Shown here: piece by piece, positions 11,120 through 22,943 of the stretch
How positions within the stretch are numbered: position 1 is the first letter of the stretch
Layout: each line of letters opens with the position of its first letter
Translations under genes and position numbers: made by a program
Notes under the pieces: model-generated
What the model was told of the DNA's origin: nothing
The model's database searches: none
What the model saw: the letters and a program-made list of their open reading frames with translations, nothing else
From: Hyphochytrium catenoides
Taxonomy: Eukaryota > Protista > Hyphochytriomycota
Assembly (NCBI GenBank): GCA_900088475.1
Contig: FLMG01001116.1
Coordinates: 33,013 to 97,012 of the forward strand
Direction of reading: 5' to 3'
DNA: 64,000 bases

Positions 11120-14100
11120 ATGGAGGAACTGATTCGTGACTATGGCCTTGGAGAGGTAAATTTCTCTTTTCCACAATCTACCACGTCGGAAGATAGAGTA
11201 GAATACTGCATCTATCTGCCAGCGTCCAAAGCTGTTATTGAAGGACTTATCTCTCGCGAGGAGCAGCTGCTGGCAGCCAGAGCAGCTTTCCTTTCCTGCG
11301 CTCAAACCTTGGTGGGGCAATATATCTGGCACCATGAACCGTTTAACCTCTCAGTCCACATAGACTCCTCCCAGGGAGAGGGTCGAAGACGCAGCATCAA
11401 CTCTACCTCGTCAGCCTTCCCTAATGACGTTGCAATGTTGTCTGAGAGCTATCTCGAGGGCTCAGTGCACTTTGGAGACAATCTTGCGGATGAATGGGTG
11501 GTCGCGTACATTCTTTTCGAGCTATCCAAGCGCCACGCCGACCTGGTCATCTCTATGACAGATAATGACGGACAATTTCTTCTCATAGAAGCCGCAGACG
11601 CGGTGCCAGACTGGCTGGAACCAGAGAACAGCAGTAACAGAGTCTTCGTGCGCAGTGGCAGAGTTCACATTGTGCCTGATAAGCCTCAGAAAAACCTAGA
11701 GTTGCACCAGGCCCTGATGGCTTTACTGCAGGATGGCGGGAAGACGGAAGCCAATGGAGCCATTCAAGCCCTGGTGCAGCGAAGAATCAGACAGGTTCCG
11801 CCTCTTCTCACGGAAAGTTTACATACAGTGCGGTAAGAAGAAATTCCTGTCAGCTCTCTCGATCTATCCTTCCTTTGGCCATAGTCATTGGTGCTACGAC
11901 CATGGAGCTCGTTGGGCTCTTACGTGCCTGTCTCTCGTCCACTGCTGTTCGCACTTAGAAGTGTGCTACCTGTGGTGCCTCGTACTGCTGTTGAACTGTG
12001 CCTCCTCGAGAGTCATTGATGTATACTTTTTATGTAATGAGAATTTGTACCCCTTAGCTCTCACGAAGCTGATGTTTCTCTCTGCTCTGCTTCTGTGGCC
12101 CCGCCTCTATCACGCACCCTGTAATGATTAAATGGTCTCTTTCCCCACGCTCTTGGTTGGTCGTTGCATACTGTCCGCAGTTGCATCCTTCCGAGAGACA
12201 TCGCCATTCTGCTCCACCAGAAACCCCAGCTCGTCGCTGCTGCATCCTCGGCATTCTGTCATAGGGAACCTGGACAAACCAAAAAGGTCTGCAACAAAAT
12301 GCGACGCTTTGACCCTAAGAGCAAAGTGCAGGTGATGGTCCCGATGACCCGATGGATTTATGCAGAACTCCTGCACCAGCACTTCTTCCCACCCAACGTC
12401 TTTGACCCCATGCTCCCTCTTCCTACCGCACCTGGTGTGGAGGGAGGGGAAGAACATCCTGATGCCAAGGCAGCAATGCTAGGCGTCCGCCTAGCATGTG
12501 GCTTTGAGCTCCTCTACTGGGAGGGTGAACGCTTATCGCACCATTCACAGGGAAGGGAGAAAGAAGAATTGTCCCAGCAACAACAAAAGAATGACGAATA
12601 TGTGGAAAGGCTCAGGGTGGCACTCTCCTCAGAACGCTACCGCTCCTCAGAAGAAGCGTATTCGTTGGCAATCGCCTTTGGCAGGGATCCCGTCAATAGT
12701 TCTCTCTCAGATGCCCTGAGCCTATATAAACTCGCAGCAGGGTTAGAGACTAGTGAGAAAGATCTCCGAGGATCCACTGCCGGACCAAGTTTCTCGCAAA
12801 CATTAACAGCCGATGACAAAGATGATTGGCTGACTGTCACGCCAGACGAGGTGGAGAAAATGGTTCAGGACAGAATGCACGGAAGAGCTGGAAGAAAAGA
12901 GGTAGAGTGCAACTTAGACGTTGTCCTTTCGCCCTTCTCTATGTCTCTCTCTACCTTTAGGCCAGGCTTTTCACTAAAAGAGGCTTCATTAGCTGCCCGT
13001 CAGTTTATGTTTGCTAGTCAGTTTGATGATTGCGTGCATTGGCGCAGGGTGTTAGTGCTAAGGAGTTCGAAGAAGACGGAGCAAACCTTGAAGAGATTGC
13101 AAGGGCCATGGAGCATTTTGTCAATAAAGTCTCATCTATAGAAGGAGTGGAGACCGGCGACCCCTCAGGTAAAACCAAGGAGGGCAGAGCAGTATACTAA
13201 AAGGAATAAGGTTTCTTATTTGGGTTGAGGCAAGTTATGAATGTGTCGCGAAGCTTGCGTTAGAAGAACACAATTGTTGGGCATCGGGGACCAGGCTGGC
13301 TTTTTAAGAGAATGTTTGACGAAGCACGGCAAGGCCATAGAAACAGTCGTTGACTCAAAGCTCTGTTTTACAAGGACATTAACTCTCACTAACTAAGAAT
13401 CCTATTAGGTGTTGGTGGTGATAGGCGCACTCCTGTCTCTCTGGACTTCACATCTTTGCTGAAGGTGCTTAAAGGTGAAGAACTAGATGAAGAGCCGGAA
13501 AACGAGTAAGGACTGCTCTTTCTTTGCATTCTCCCATTTTTTCCTGCAGTACAGCTCTGCTAAAATCTCTGCCTCTGCTTTTACAGGTTAGACGATTTCT
13601 TTGATGACTCTGTAGACTCAGATGACGAAGAGGAAGAACCCTTCAATGAGATGGAGATTGAAGAACAGAAAAGAAGACAGGCCTCACTATCCGCAAACAA
13701 CAGCCACCAGGAACATAAAGACCAGGAAAAAGAGGTGGATGATAATATAGATATCTACGTTAGAGAGCTGCAAACAGAAGATAGTGACGATGAGGATCTG
13801 CAAGACTTGGGCAATCAGGAGTTGGAGACTGCAGAGAGGGGGACTATGGGCACATTAGAGGAAAAGACGAGAACAAAAGCCGAGAGCAGCTTCCACTCGT
13901 ATTTGGAAGCGATGGATGCACAGCTAGAAGACACTGCTATGGGGCAAACTTTCATGAGGCAGGAAACTGTCTCTCAAGGTGTGGAGAACGTTGCCCAAGG
14001 ACAGAAGGACCAGCCAAACCCGGTGGAGGTTGATTTGAATTTGGTGGCAAATCTATTGGAATCGTTCTCACACCAGCAAGGGTTGGAAGGCCCAGGTGCG

Positions 14101-14154
14101 AATCTTCTCAGAGAATTAGGGCTTAGACTACCTAGTGGAGAGAGTAAAGGGTAA
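11120..14154 (+). CDS. ECD: Ecdysoneless / hSGT1 (ECD) family protein, 5 exons
   Basis: Motifs YIWHHEPFNL, HFGDNLADEWVVAYILFELSK, DNDGQFLLIEAADAVPDWLEPENSSNRVFV and C-terminal PVEVDLNLVANLLESFSHQQGLEGPGANLL are present. Confidence 0.9.
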
Positions 14155-14562
14155 TAAAGGCAGTCTTTGAAGTTCTGAGGACTACCGATCAGGGCTCGAA
14201 CTTATGACTTAAGGCTAGCTAGCAAGGGTGTGAGACCAGACAACCTTACAAGGATATCCTAAAGTCTTATAGAGGAGGACGCAGTTTCCATATAATAATG
14301 GAGAAGTTAACGAGCGTCACATCAGGCAGAGCCCACCGTCTGTGCTGCACACAGCAGAGAACTTGAGGCGTCAATAAATAAGAGGAGAATGGATGGAGAT
14401 CTAGAAGGTTCACATGAAAAGACTGACTGTTGATGAGCAACGTGGAGCTTATTTCACACTCTCTAACCTACTCCCTTCTCCTTGGTCGCGCCTGCTTCTA
14501 TCAGCTAACCATCTTATCTGCCCATCACCTTCCGTCTCTTAGCTTTTTGATATTCTGAAGGA

Positions 14563-17500
14563 CTAATTAAGGCCAGCGTCTACCACTAGAGAAGTGTCTG
14601 TCGAAGCCTTTTTCCTTGTCATCTGGATGAGTTTGGCCACCAAGCCTGTCCAGCCCGTCTGATGAGAAGCACCTAGCCCGACACCATCGTCACCTGGATG
14701 TGGAGTGTCAGAATGAGTGAGGACAAAAGGGCGTGAAGAGCCAAATAAGGGCAACAGAACGTGTGAAGAACCACGTAGTAAGTGCTTTGTGCGGAGTTGC
14801 ACATAGGAGCCTTACCGTGAAAGAACTCATGGAAGAGGACGAAGTCCTTCCAATAAGGATCAGTACTGAATCCATGGTCCCTGCCGTAGGCCGGCCGCAG
14901 TCCTAAGAACAGCAAGCTTGTTACTACAAGCCTATGCAACCCGCTCTGCCTTTGCTGCTGAGGTTACTTTGACTATCTTGACGGTTTATACGCCGACCCC
15001 ACATCCCTATCTGAACCTCTTAGAGTTTCTTATGTGCTTACCCTTGTCATTTGGAAGGAAAATGCTGATAAGTCTGTCAGAGAGCTTGTTCGCCACCTCT
15101 TGGAGGTTGCACATTACCCCAGATCCGGTGGGGAACTCCACCTGTGGCAAGTAGAAGGTCCGAGTAAGAACCAAGAAAGGTTTGGGCAACCCCAGGCTCA
15201 AGGCAATCGGGGCCAATAACTCCAACAGTGGTTGGGACGCTCAAGAAGCGAATGACATATAGCAAACAGGAAAAGTAGCCTGATGTCGACCAATGTGCGT
15301 GAGGACGCTAGAGCCCGGATATCCAAATCAAGGCAAGATGGGCTTGAGGAGTTACCTGGACGGTATCTTGATAGAAAAAGTGGTACTTCATTAGAGCCTC
15401 TATCATCAGGAAGTTCGTTGGAAACCAGATTGGGCCCCTCCAGTTAGAGTTGCCCCCATACATCGGTGAGGAGCTTTCCGCGGGTTCGTAGCAAACCTAA
15501 CATGTCAAGTTGCGGGAACGCCGTTAATGTTGAGGCAGGGAACAATATCGCCACATAGCTCATCCAAGAAGGATATAGAACAAGGATGATGGAAACCAGC
15601 TATAAGTGCCTCAGAGCTAGCATTCCACCAGACTAGGATCTACCTGCATCACATGCCCGTCCCTAGGTGAAATCCACCGGAAAACTCCGTCACCGCTGTG
15701 CTCCTGTTGCGAGAAGGAGAGTAGGTACAGGTAAGGGGCGTGATAATGAGCCCGCAAGACGTCTGTTCTCACCCACCTTGGAGAAGGAGCGGATGCCATA
15801 GTCTGAGAGGAACTGCGCCTCATCAAGCATTCTAGTCAAAATTTTCTCTGCAGAACACAAATTAAGCTTAGCACATAGGAAAACGAGCCCAACTGGTGTT
15901 CAATTGAGAAGAACGCGTAAGGAGAAGGGGAAAAGACGGCGTCATTAAATTACCTAATTGGTCCTTAGTGACCAGGGAAAGCATTCTCACTCCATGCGGC
16001 GCGGAGCCAAGAGAGTTAGCCCCAGCAACGCCCTCGGATCTGTAGCGCTGGAACCTAAGGAGAGGTAGATCAGTTGGAGGTGCTTTTTATCATATGTAGA
16101 GTGGCAAGATCCCAGGAGTGATAATGAGGACCCTCTGACGTGGGGAGGATCATTAGAAGTACGAACCATTCAACTCTGGACTTGAACTGTGGCAGCTTCT
16201 TGAAGAGTCGATCTTCTATGTTCATCACCGCGAATAGGGGGATTAAGCCCACAAAGGAGCGAATCCTCAGATGATGGAAGGCTAAAAAGGCAAGCATGTG
16301 GCGCATCAGACAACGCTAGATGTTCTAGAGAGATGAGTATCATCAAGGCGTCCAGAGAAGAGGGGATAGTGGGCGGAGAGCTAGGGAAGTAGCCTAGAGT
16401 AAGTGAGGAAAGGGGCTCGAGTAGAAGGTACTAGTGGACTTACATCCATCCTCTCCTCTAAGTACGTCGTAGAAGAAGCCAGTTTCCTCCTCCCAGAGCC
16501 CCTCCAACTCGTCACTGATGGACATGGCAATGGACATGAAGTGCTCATAGAACTTGGTGGCTACATCCTGGGGAGGTAGAAATGCGAGGGTTAGTCTAAT
16601 ATTAGTCGCTATCGTTCCGCATTATCCAGTGGCCCATGGCCCCTAGGCAACAGCCACTAACATACATAGATCTCTTTCTGCCGACTTTTGCTCTTATGCT
16701 CCAACTGTCTGCAGAGACCGTCTTGGCATCTTTTTGCATGTATGTTTTCTTACCTCATAAGCAATATTGTGGTCCGCCAATTCAAGAGAGATCTTCAACA
16801 TATCTAAGCAGTACATCGCCATCCATGCCGTGCTATCGGCTTGCTCTAACCGGAACCCTTCGTCGACGTTACTCCGGTCGAACACTCCTATGTTATCCAG
16901 TCCCATGAATCCACCCTGGACATTGGTGAGAGTAATATATCGTAACAAGCGAGAGACAGAATGAAAGTGGTGAGCAGATATTTGCAACGCTGAGTGCCAG
17001 TTATCCCGGCGACTTGCGTTTTCCTCTAGCCCTTGTGGGACTACTTCTAGTAAACCTCAACCCATCTGTCTGCTTCAATACTTTTTCGCATGTCTTTCTC
17101 AATAATTCTTCCCTACTTACCTCGAAAAGGTTCTTGCCGTGTTGATCTTTTCTGTTGACCCACCATGTAAAGTTCAAAAGCAGTTTATGAAAGCATCTCT
17201 CTAGGAACTTCACATCCTTGTATCCACTTTGCTTGTAGGCAATCTTGTATACTCGGTAGACTGCCCAGGCATGAACAGGAGGGTTCACGTCTGAGAAGTT
17301 CCACTCGTATGCGGGAATCTAAGGGAAATAGAGAGATGCTTAGAGAGATCAACGAGACGGAGAGCACCATAAGGCATATCAGACCTGTCCGTTTGGATGC
17401 ATATACCACTCTCTTAACATCAGAATCAGCTGGCGCTTTGCCCATTCTGGATCGATGAGCACTATCGCCTACAGTCCGTGAAAATGAAGTAAGCATACAC

Positions 17501-20500
17501 AAACGCAGGCGCCCTGCAACGAACGAACTCCAACAGAAGGCGTGCCCCGGTCCCTAGCGCTGGATTCTCGTTCACTTTACTTCGTCATCTTCAAGTGCTC
17601 ACCATGGTGTGGAACGCTAGATCCCAGGCAGCGTACCAAGGGTACTCCCACTTGTCAGGCATACTAATGACGTCAGCATTGTACAAATGCCTCCAGTCTC
17701 GGTTGCGGCCCCATTGCCTTTCAGCCGGTGGGTCTGGGCCTGAAGGATCTCCGTCTAGCCACATAGCAACGCCATAATGGTAAAACTGCTTCGTGAACTG
17801 TAACGATACGAAGAGGTGTAACATGGATAAAGATAGGCAGAAACAGTAGATGGAGCGTTCTGTAAGTGTTTTTGCGATAAGTGCTCGATTAGGAGTAAGC
17901 GGTCCTATGCAACCTGAATAACCACGTCTCCTGCAAAGAATAGCCTGCTTACCATCATCCCTGCCAGTGCCTGTCTTTGTACATTCCTCTCTTCCTTTGT
18001 GCTCTCAGGGTTGAGGGTCTCCTGATAGAACTCATCAGCCTCCTTGATCCTCTGATCAAAGACTTCCTTGAAGTCCGCAAAGGGGTTCCCGTGGACCTCT
18101 TCGCTATTGAACCGGACACGCACTGAGAATACGACAAGGGTTTCAGATAGACCCAGGTGCAATGGTACGACAGAAGTAGGCGACTTCAAAGAAGATGTGG
18201 TAGACTAAAAAAGCCAGCATACTACCAGAGATTAAAGTAGCTCTTAGTACCTTCAAATTTCTCTCCTGGGCCCACTGTCCTCGTGAACCTGGCACAGAAT
18301 TTGCTGCCAATGCCGGCGGAATTCACTGCCTCTTCATCACCCTTGACGATATAGTTATGGAAGGCGTCCTTGACGTGCTTTGTGTTGTTCGGGACATCCC
18401 ATATACGGCGAAGATTGGTGTCGTTTTCTGTGAAAAGGAGCTCTTCTGGGGCGGCCCCGTTTGAGTCCTGGTAGAAAAGCGAATGGACAGACGAGCAAAA
18501 TTTAGGGCCATTCGCTTCAACAGAAATGGACTGTTCTGCAAGGTAGAGTAGTCCTGAGATGCGGCATAAGGTCTGCTCGAAGCGTTACCTGCACATAGTA
18601 CCAGCGCTGCTTCAGATGCGGCTCTCCGAAACAATGGACTGAGTCTGCTGTGAGCTTTTTGATCACTGGGCGATTGCCATCCTCATAGGGTGCTTTCCCC
18701 TTCTCATAGCCCTGAGTTACGTCCCCCGAGTTAACAAAAACCATTAGCGGCGAGAGCCCCCGACCGACACGGCCAAAAGAAACCAGCTTACCCAGCTCCA
18801 ATTATTCCTGTACCACAGATGAGGAAGTATATCCAGAGTTGCTGTCTCTGTAGCGCTTCGATTGTGGGCAGTGATGCGACACAAGATATCTTGCTGGTCT
18901 CTCTTTGCATACTCAATCTATGAGGGATCATAAAAGGAGACGTTGAGTGAAGGGATACATGGCGCGAAAGGCATGTAAAGGCAACAACTGACCTCGATAT
19001 CCCAGTACTTGCTCTCTGGGCCACACATCTCTGGCAGTGCGTCTATAAGTTCAAATTCGGGGTCATGCCTAGCAACAAGGAATGTACGGGTTGGCGAAAG
19101 GAGGTCATGACGAATAGATATTTGGTTCATTCTGGTCTAACAAACCTGCTTCTCCTCTGGTTCTCGGCCACTAGCTCGTCGTAGGGGTACGCGTCAATGG
19201 GATACTTATATACCATCTTGGTGTATGAGTGGGTCGGAGTACTGGTGGAGAAGGGCGCCAGTAAGACCATCTCTGCAAGCATACTAAAACCTTACTAAAA
19301 AGAATATGGACCAAACCTGTCAACATAGAAATAATACTCCTTGACGTCCTCGCCATGATTACCCTGAGAGCCTAAATAACTATCGTTAGATAAAATCCTC
19401 TATCGGTCAGCCCTGCAATCAACCATGGTCCAACTATCATTGGGCTCCCTGTCTACAAAGTTACCTGACAGCCCAAAGAGCCTCTCTTTCAATATGGGGT
19501 CCTTATGATTCCAGAGCCCAAGCCCAAGACAAATATTCTGCGCCCTATCACACCAAGCACCAAGGCCATCCTCATTCCAGCGGTAAGTGAAGCTCCGGGA
19601 GCTGATGCGAACAAGAACAAGGGGTCTCGTGAGCTCAACGCCGTAGAAAGAAGGCGACAGGAGATAAGAGTATGGGCCTGGAAGAGCCACGGCCCAGCAC
19701 CTTTGATTAAGTGCTCGTCATTCTCGTCTATAAGGATTGGAGAGACTTAACGTACATATCATGAGTGATGAAGTTCCATGCATCACCGTTCTGGCTATAA
19801 TCCTCTCGCACCGTGCCCCAGGCTCTCTCTGAGCTGAAAGAACAGGTCGCAGTGGCAAAGGTAAGCTGTACGCTGCTGACTCTCTGGAAGGTTTCGGAAG
19901 AATTTACTTACACGTAAGGTCCCCACTTCTTCCAATCAGCCCTCCGTGTCGCACTATCACGCAGTCTTTCGGTCTCCTTGGAACGGCCTCTGAGCAATAA
20001 TTCGAGTCAGTCATGCCATCTGCCGCTCTATTCATTGAGTCGATCGTTGCCCGACACCTTTGTGGCATCCAAGATATTCTTCATCTAATGAAAGGCACCT
20101 TATCACTCGCATCCCCCCTCCTCTCTCTCTTTGACCCTTCCTTAGTCGTAAAAGCCTCTCGGTTTCTCCACCCTCAGCTTATGCCATCGGTTTCTCCTCT
20201 TCAGTTCCTCTTTCCCTCTCTTTCTCACCTAAGAACAGCAGGTGAGGATTCATCCAAGTGGCTGTCGAACTCAAAGCCTTTGGTGAACGAGTGATGGTAC
20301 TGCAAGGCATCCAATACCACGCTCCACTTAGACGAGCGCTTGTACCGGAAACTCCAGGCACGGCGGGAGAGGGGAGTCACAGGAGGAGGAGGAGCGACTA
20401 AAGCAGAGGGGGAATCCAGGTCCCTTTCTCCCCTAGGTGACGGATAGGAATTGACCGCATTTCCAGTCATCGAGGGAAGTGCGGCAGCGACAGTCAGTGC

Positions 20501-20668
20501 ATCCTCAAGAACTTTGGCGACTTGGTCTGTCTGTCCGCTGTTCAAGGCTTCCTTCAGCACGGTTGCAACCACCTCCTTCACCTCAGCCTGGGTCTGGGGA
20601 TCCACCGCAGCAATGACATTAGGAAGGCTAGCGTGGCGACGGGAGGAACCCCCTGACGACACTGACAT
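14563..20668 (-). CDS. MGH1-like (GH63-related, yeast YMR196W-type) glycoside hydrolase, about 20 exons
   Basis: Motifs [119 protein letters not shown] and [15 protein letters not shown] are present. The start codon is approximate because the N-terminus is low-complexity. Confidence 0.88.
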
Positions 20669-22943
20669 TCTGTGAAGCATTTCAGGGTAGGAGAGAGGAC
20701 AATGGAGAAGAAACGAGTTAGACAAGAGAGTTCAAGTCCGGATTCAGGGCCAATCGGCCAAGATCTGACGGGCCTAGACAAGCGTTAGCCTATTCTTCCT
20801 GCTTGGACTCGGATGGGATGTAAGACAAGACAGGCAAACTATAGAATGAAGAAGCTGAGAGGGATGCCAACCTTGCACTGGCGCAGCACGGAACTGTTGG
20901 CTCCGCGCTCCACTCTAGAATTGCTTCCTTTGTGTGCCGCTCCTGGGGGATGGAGCAACCAGTCCAAGAGAGACACAGCAGAGCAAAGGAAGGAACCGTG
21001 GATGAAGCACTGTTAGGGTTCCAAGGGGTCACAGTGTCATAATGGGCAACAGAAGGGGAGAGAGAGCGCGCGCGAGAGAGAAAGATGAGGTAGAGTAAGT
21101 AAAAGGTGAAAAGTAGCAACGAGGAGAGACAGAGGAGAAGTGAGGTCAGAATTCTTGCCCTTTCTTTTTCTAAAGCCTGTTCTTACCCTATGTACCGTTA
21201 AAAGATCTTGAGAATGATGAGTGGCAAGGCAAGTTTGCCTCCTTCCGCCTCTCTACGTCGCTCTTTCTTGACCGCTTTCAAGGAGGAACTTCTCTCGTTT
21301 AGTCAGCAGTCCAGTCAGAGAATGAAGGAATGGCACTACTCTTGGTCATCAGAGTTCCCCACAATCCTGTGGAGAGAGGCGGTCTTGGTCTGCTCCTTTG
21401 CTGGCTGCTGCTGGTGCTGTCAGCAGAATCAGGGACAAAAGTCTCTGTCAGGCCCAGCAACCAGCTGCTGCGATAAGAGATGAGGAGGGGTCAAGGGGAA
21501 GCAAGAGATAAAGAATCGCGGACGGGAAAGAGAGGTGGAGAAGCAAAAATGCTGTGAGAATCATGAGACAGAGGGAAGCGCTAGATGAAAGGGAAAAGGT
21601 CATATGACCCTTGTGGCGGGGGAGACAGAGCGCCGCGAAAGATAAGAAGGCAAAGAGGCAAATCCAAAAGGTCAAGAAAAATCTTTTCTTTGTCCTTCAC
21701 ATGGTAATAACGGCACAATATAGTAATAGTGCCATTCCTTCTAGAGTTTGGTCGTTAAACCATAGTATTGCAGACGTAGTAAGAGGGATGAGGCATGATG
21801 TGGATGTCTTTTGGTAGCTGCCATTGCTCGGGAGGTACAAAAGAGATCAAAATGGTGGCTAAAGACCATTTTCCTCTCTCTCTCCTCTTGATCTCTCTCT
21901 CTCTCTCTCGCTCACTCGCTCTGGTCGTTTCCTTCCCCTTTCTCTCCTCCCGTCATTTTCCGCTCTCCCGATCTCTCTCGCCCCCCTACTCTTATCTTCC
22001 CCTGTCTACATCCTAGAAGGAGAGAGACTCAGCACCGCGCTGACAGTCCAACAAACTCTGTGTCTCCTCTGTCCGCGTCAGCTCTAAGGACGTCACAAAA
22101 GACGAAATGAAAGACGTCATCTGTGAGCGTCAATCAACAAATAATTAGATTCATCTCTAATGATTGCCAACCTTTCCCCTGTCATCGGCTTATGCTCCCT
22201 TCCACCTTGTGCTGCATCTTGTGCTCTTTTTCTTTGCGCTCCTTAGGTGGAGCAGGTCAGATGGAGCACAAAGAGCTCATCCATCAACCACAAACCCCGC
22301 ACATACTACAAAGAGAGGAGAAACGCCCATCCTCCTTTCTTCGCCGTTTTTCCCCTTTGAATCTGAGCTTTCGAGTTTGCTCGTGGGTGATAGTTGGAGC
22401 CCGGTGTGTCTTTAGATTGGCTGATGGGAAATCTAGCAGCAGAGGACTTTCGGCTATGCCTCCCGTCGGGCTCGCTTTGCACCAGCACCTTATAACACGG
22501 TTGCACATGAAACGATACATAGCACTATTAGCTTTACAGGGAGGATGACGTTGATGGTCGCGGAGCGTCCTAGTGCTGTTGACTCAAATAGTATATTAAC
22601 TTAACGCAAGGTATAAGGACTTATGATCTGATAGGCCTGTACACGTGCGTTCCTGATTCCTGATGTCCCTTCCCCTAGTTTCTCTTTGGGGTTGTTGGTC
22701 GTCGTTCCTGAAACCTGCTTGCATGACCCATCTGCGAGCTTTATTATCCAATGTCCTATATATGACGTTATTATGCCTGCATAGAGCAACGGCTCCCTCT
22801 AGAGCCATAGGAAAAAAGTAATAACCTAATCAAATGGGAGAAGAGGGAGATCCATAAATAATAATAGGTATAGTGCGTATTCCTTCTCTGCTAATAGAAA
22901 GGGAGGAGCAAGGGCTTTGATATTTGACCTACTTGTACTAGTC

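Noticed and set aside
20790-22810. Many 60-140 aa ORFs between the glycosidase and ABCF genes
   Set aside because: They are low-complexity CT/GA-rich sequence with no motifs or consistent exon structure, likely UTR, promoter or intergenic.
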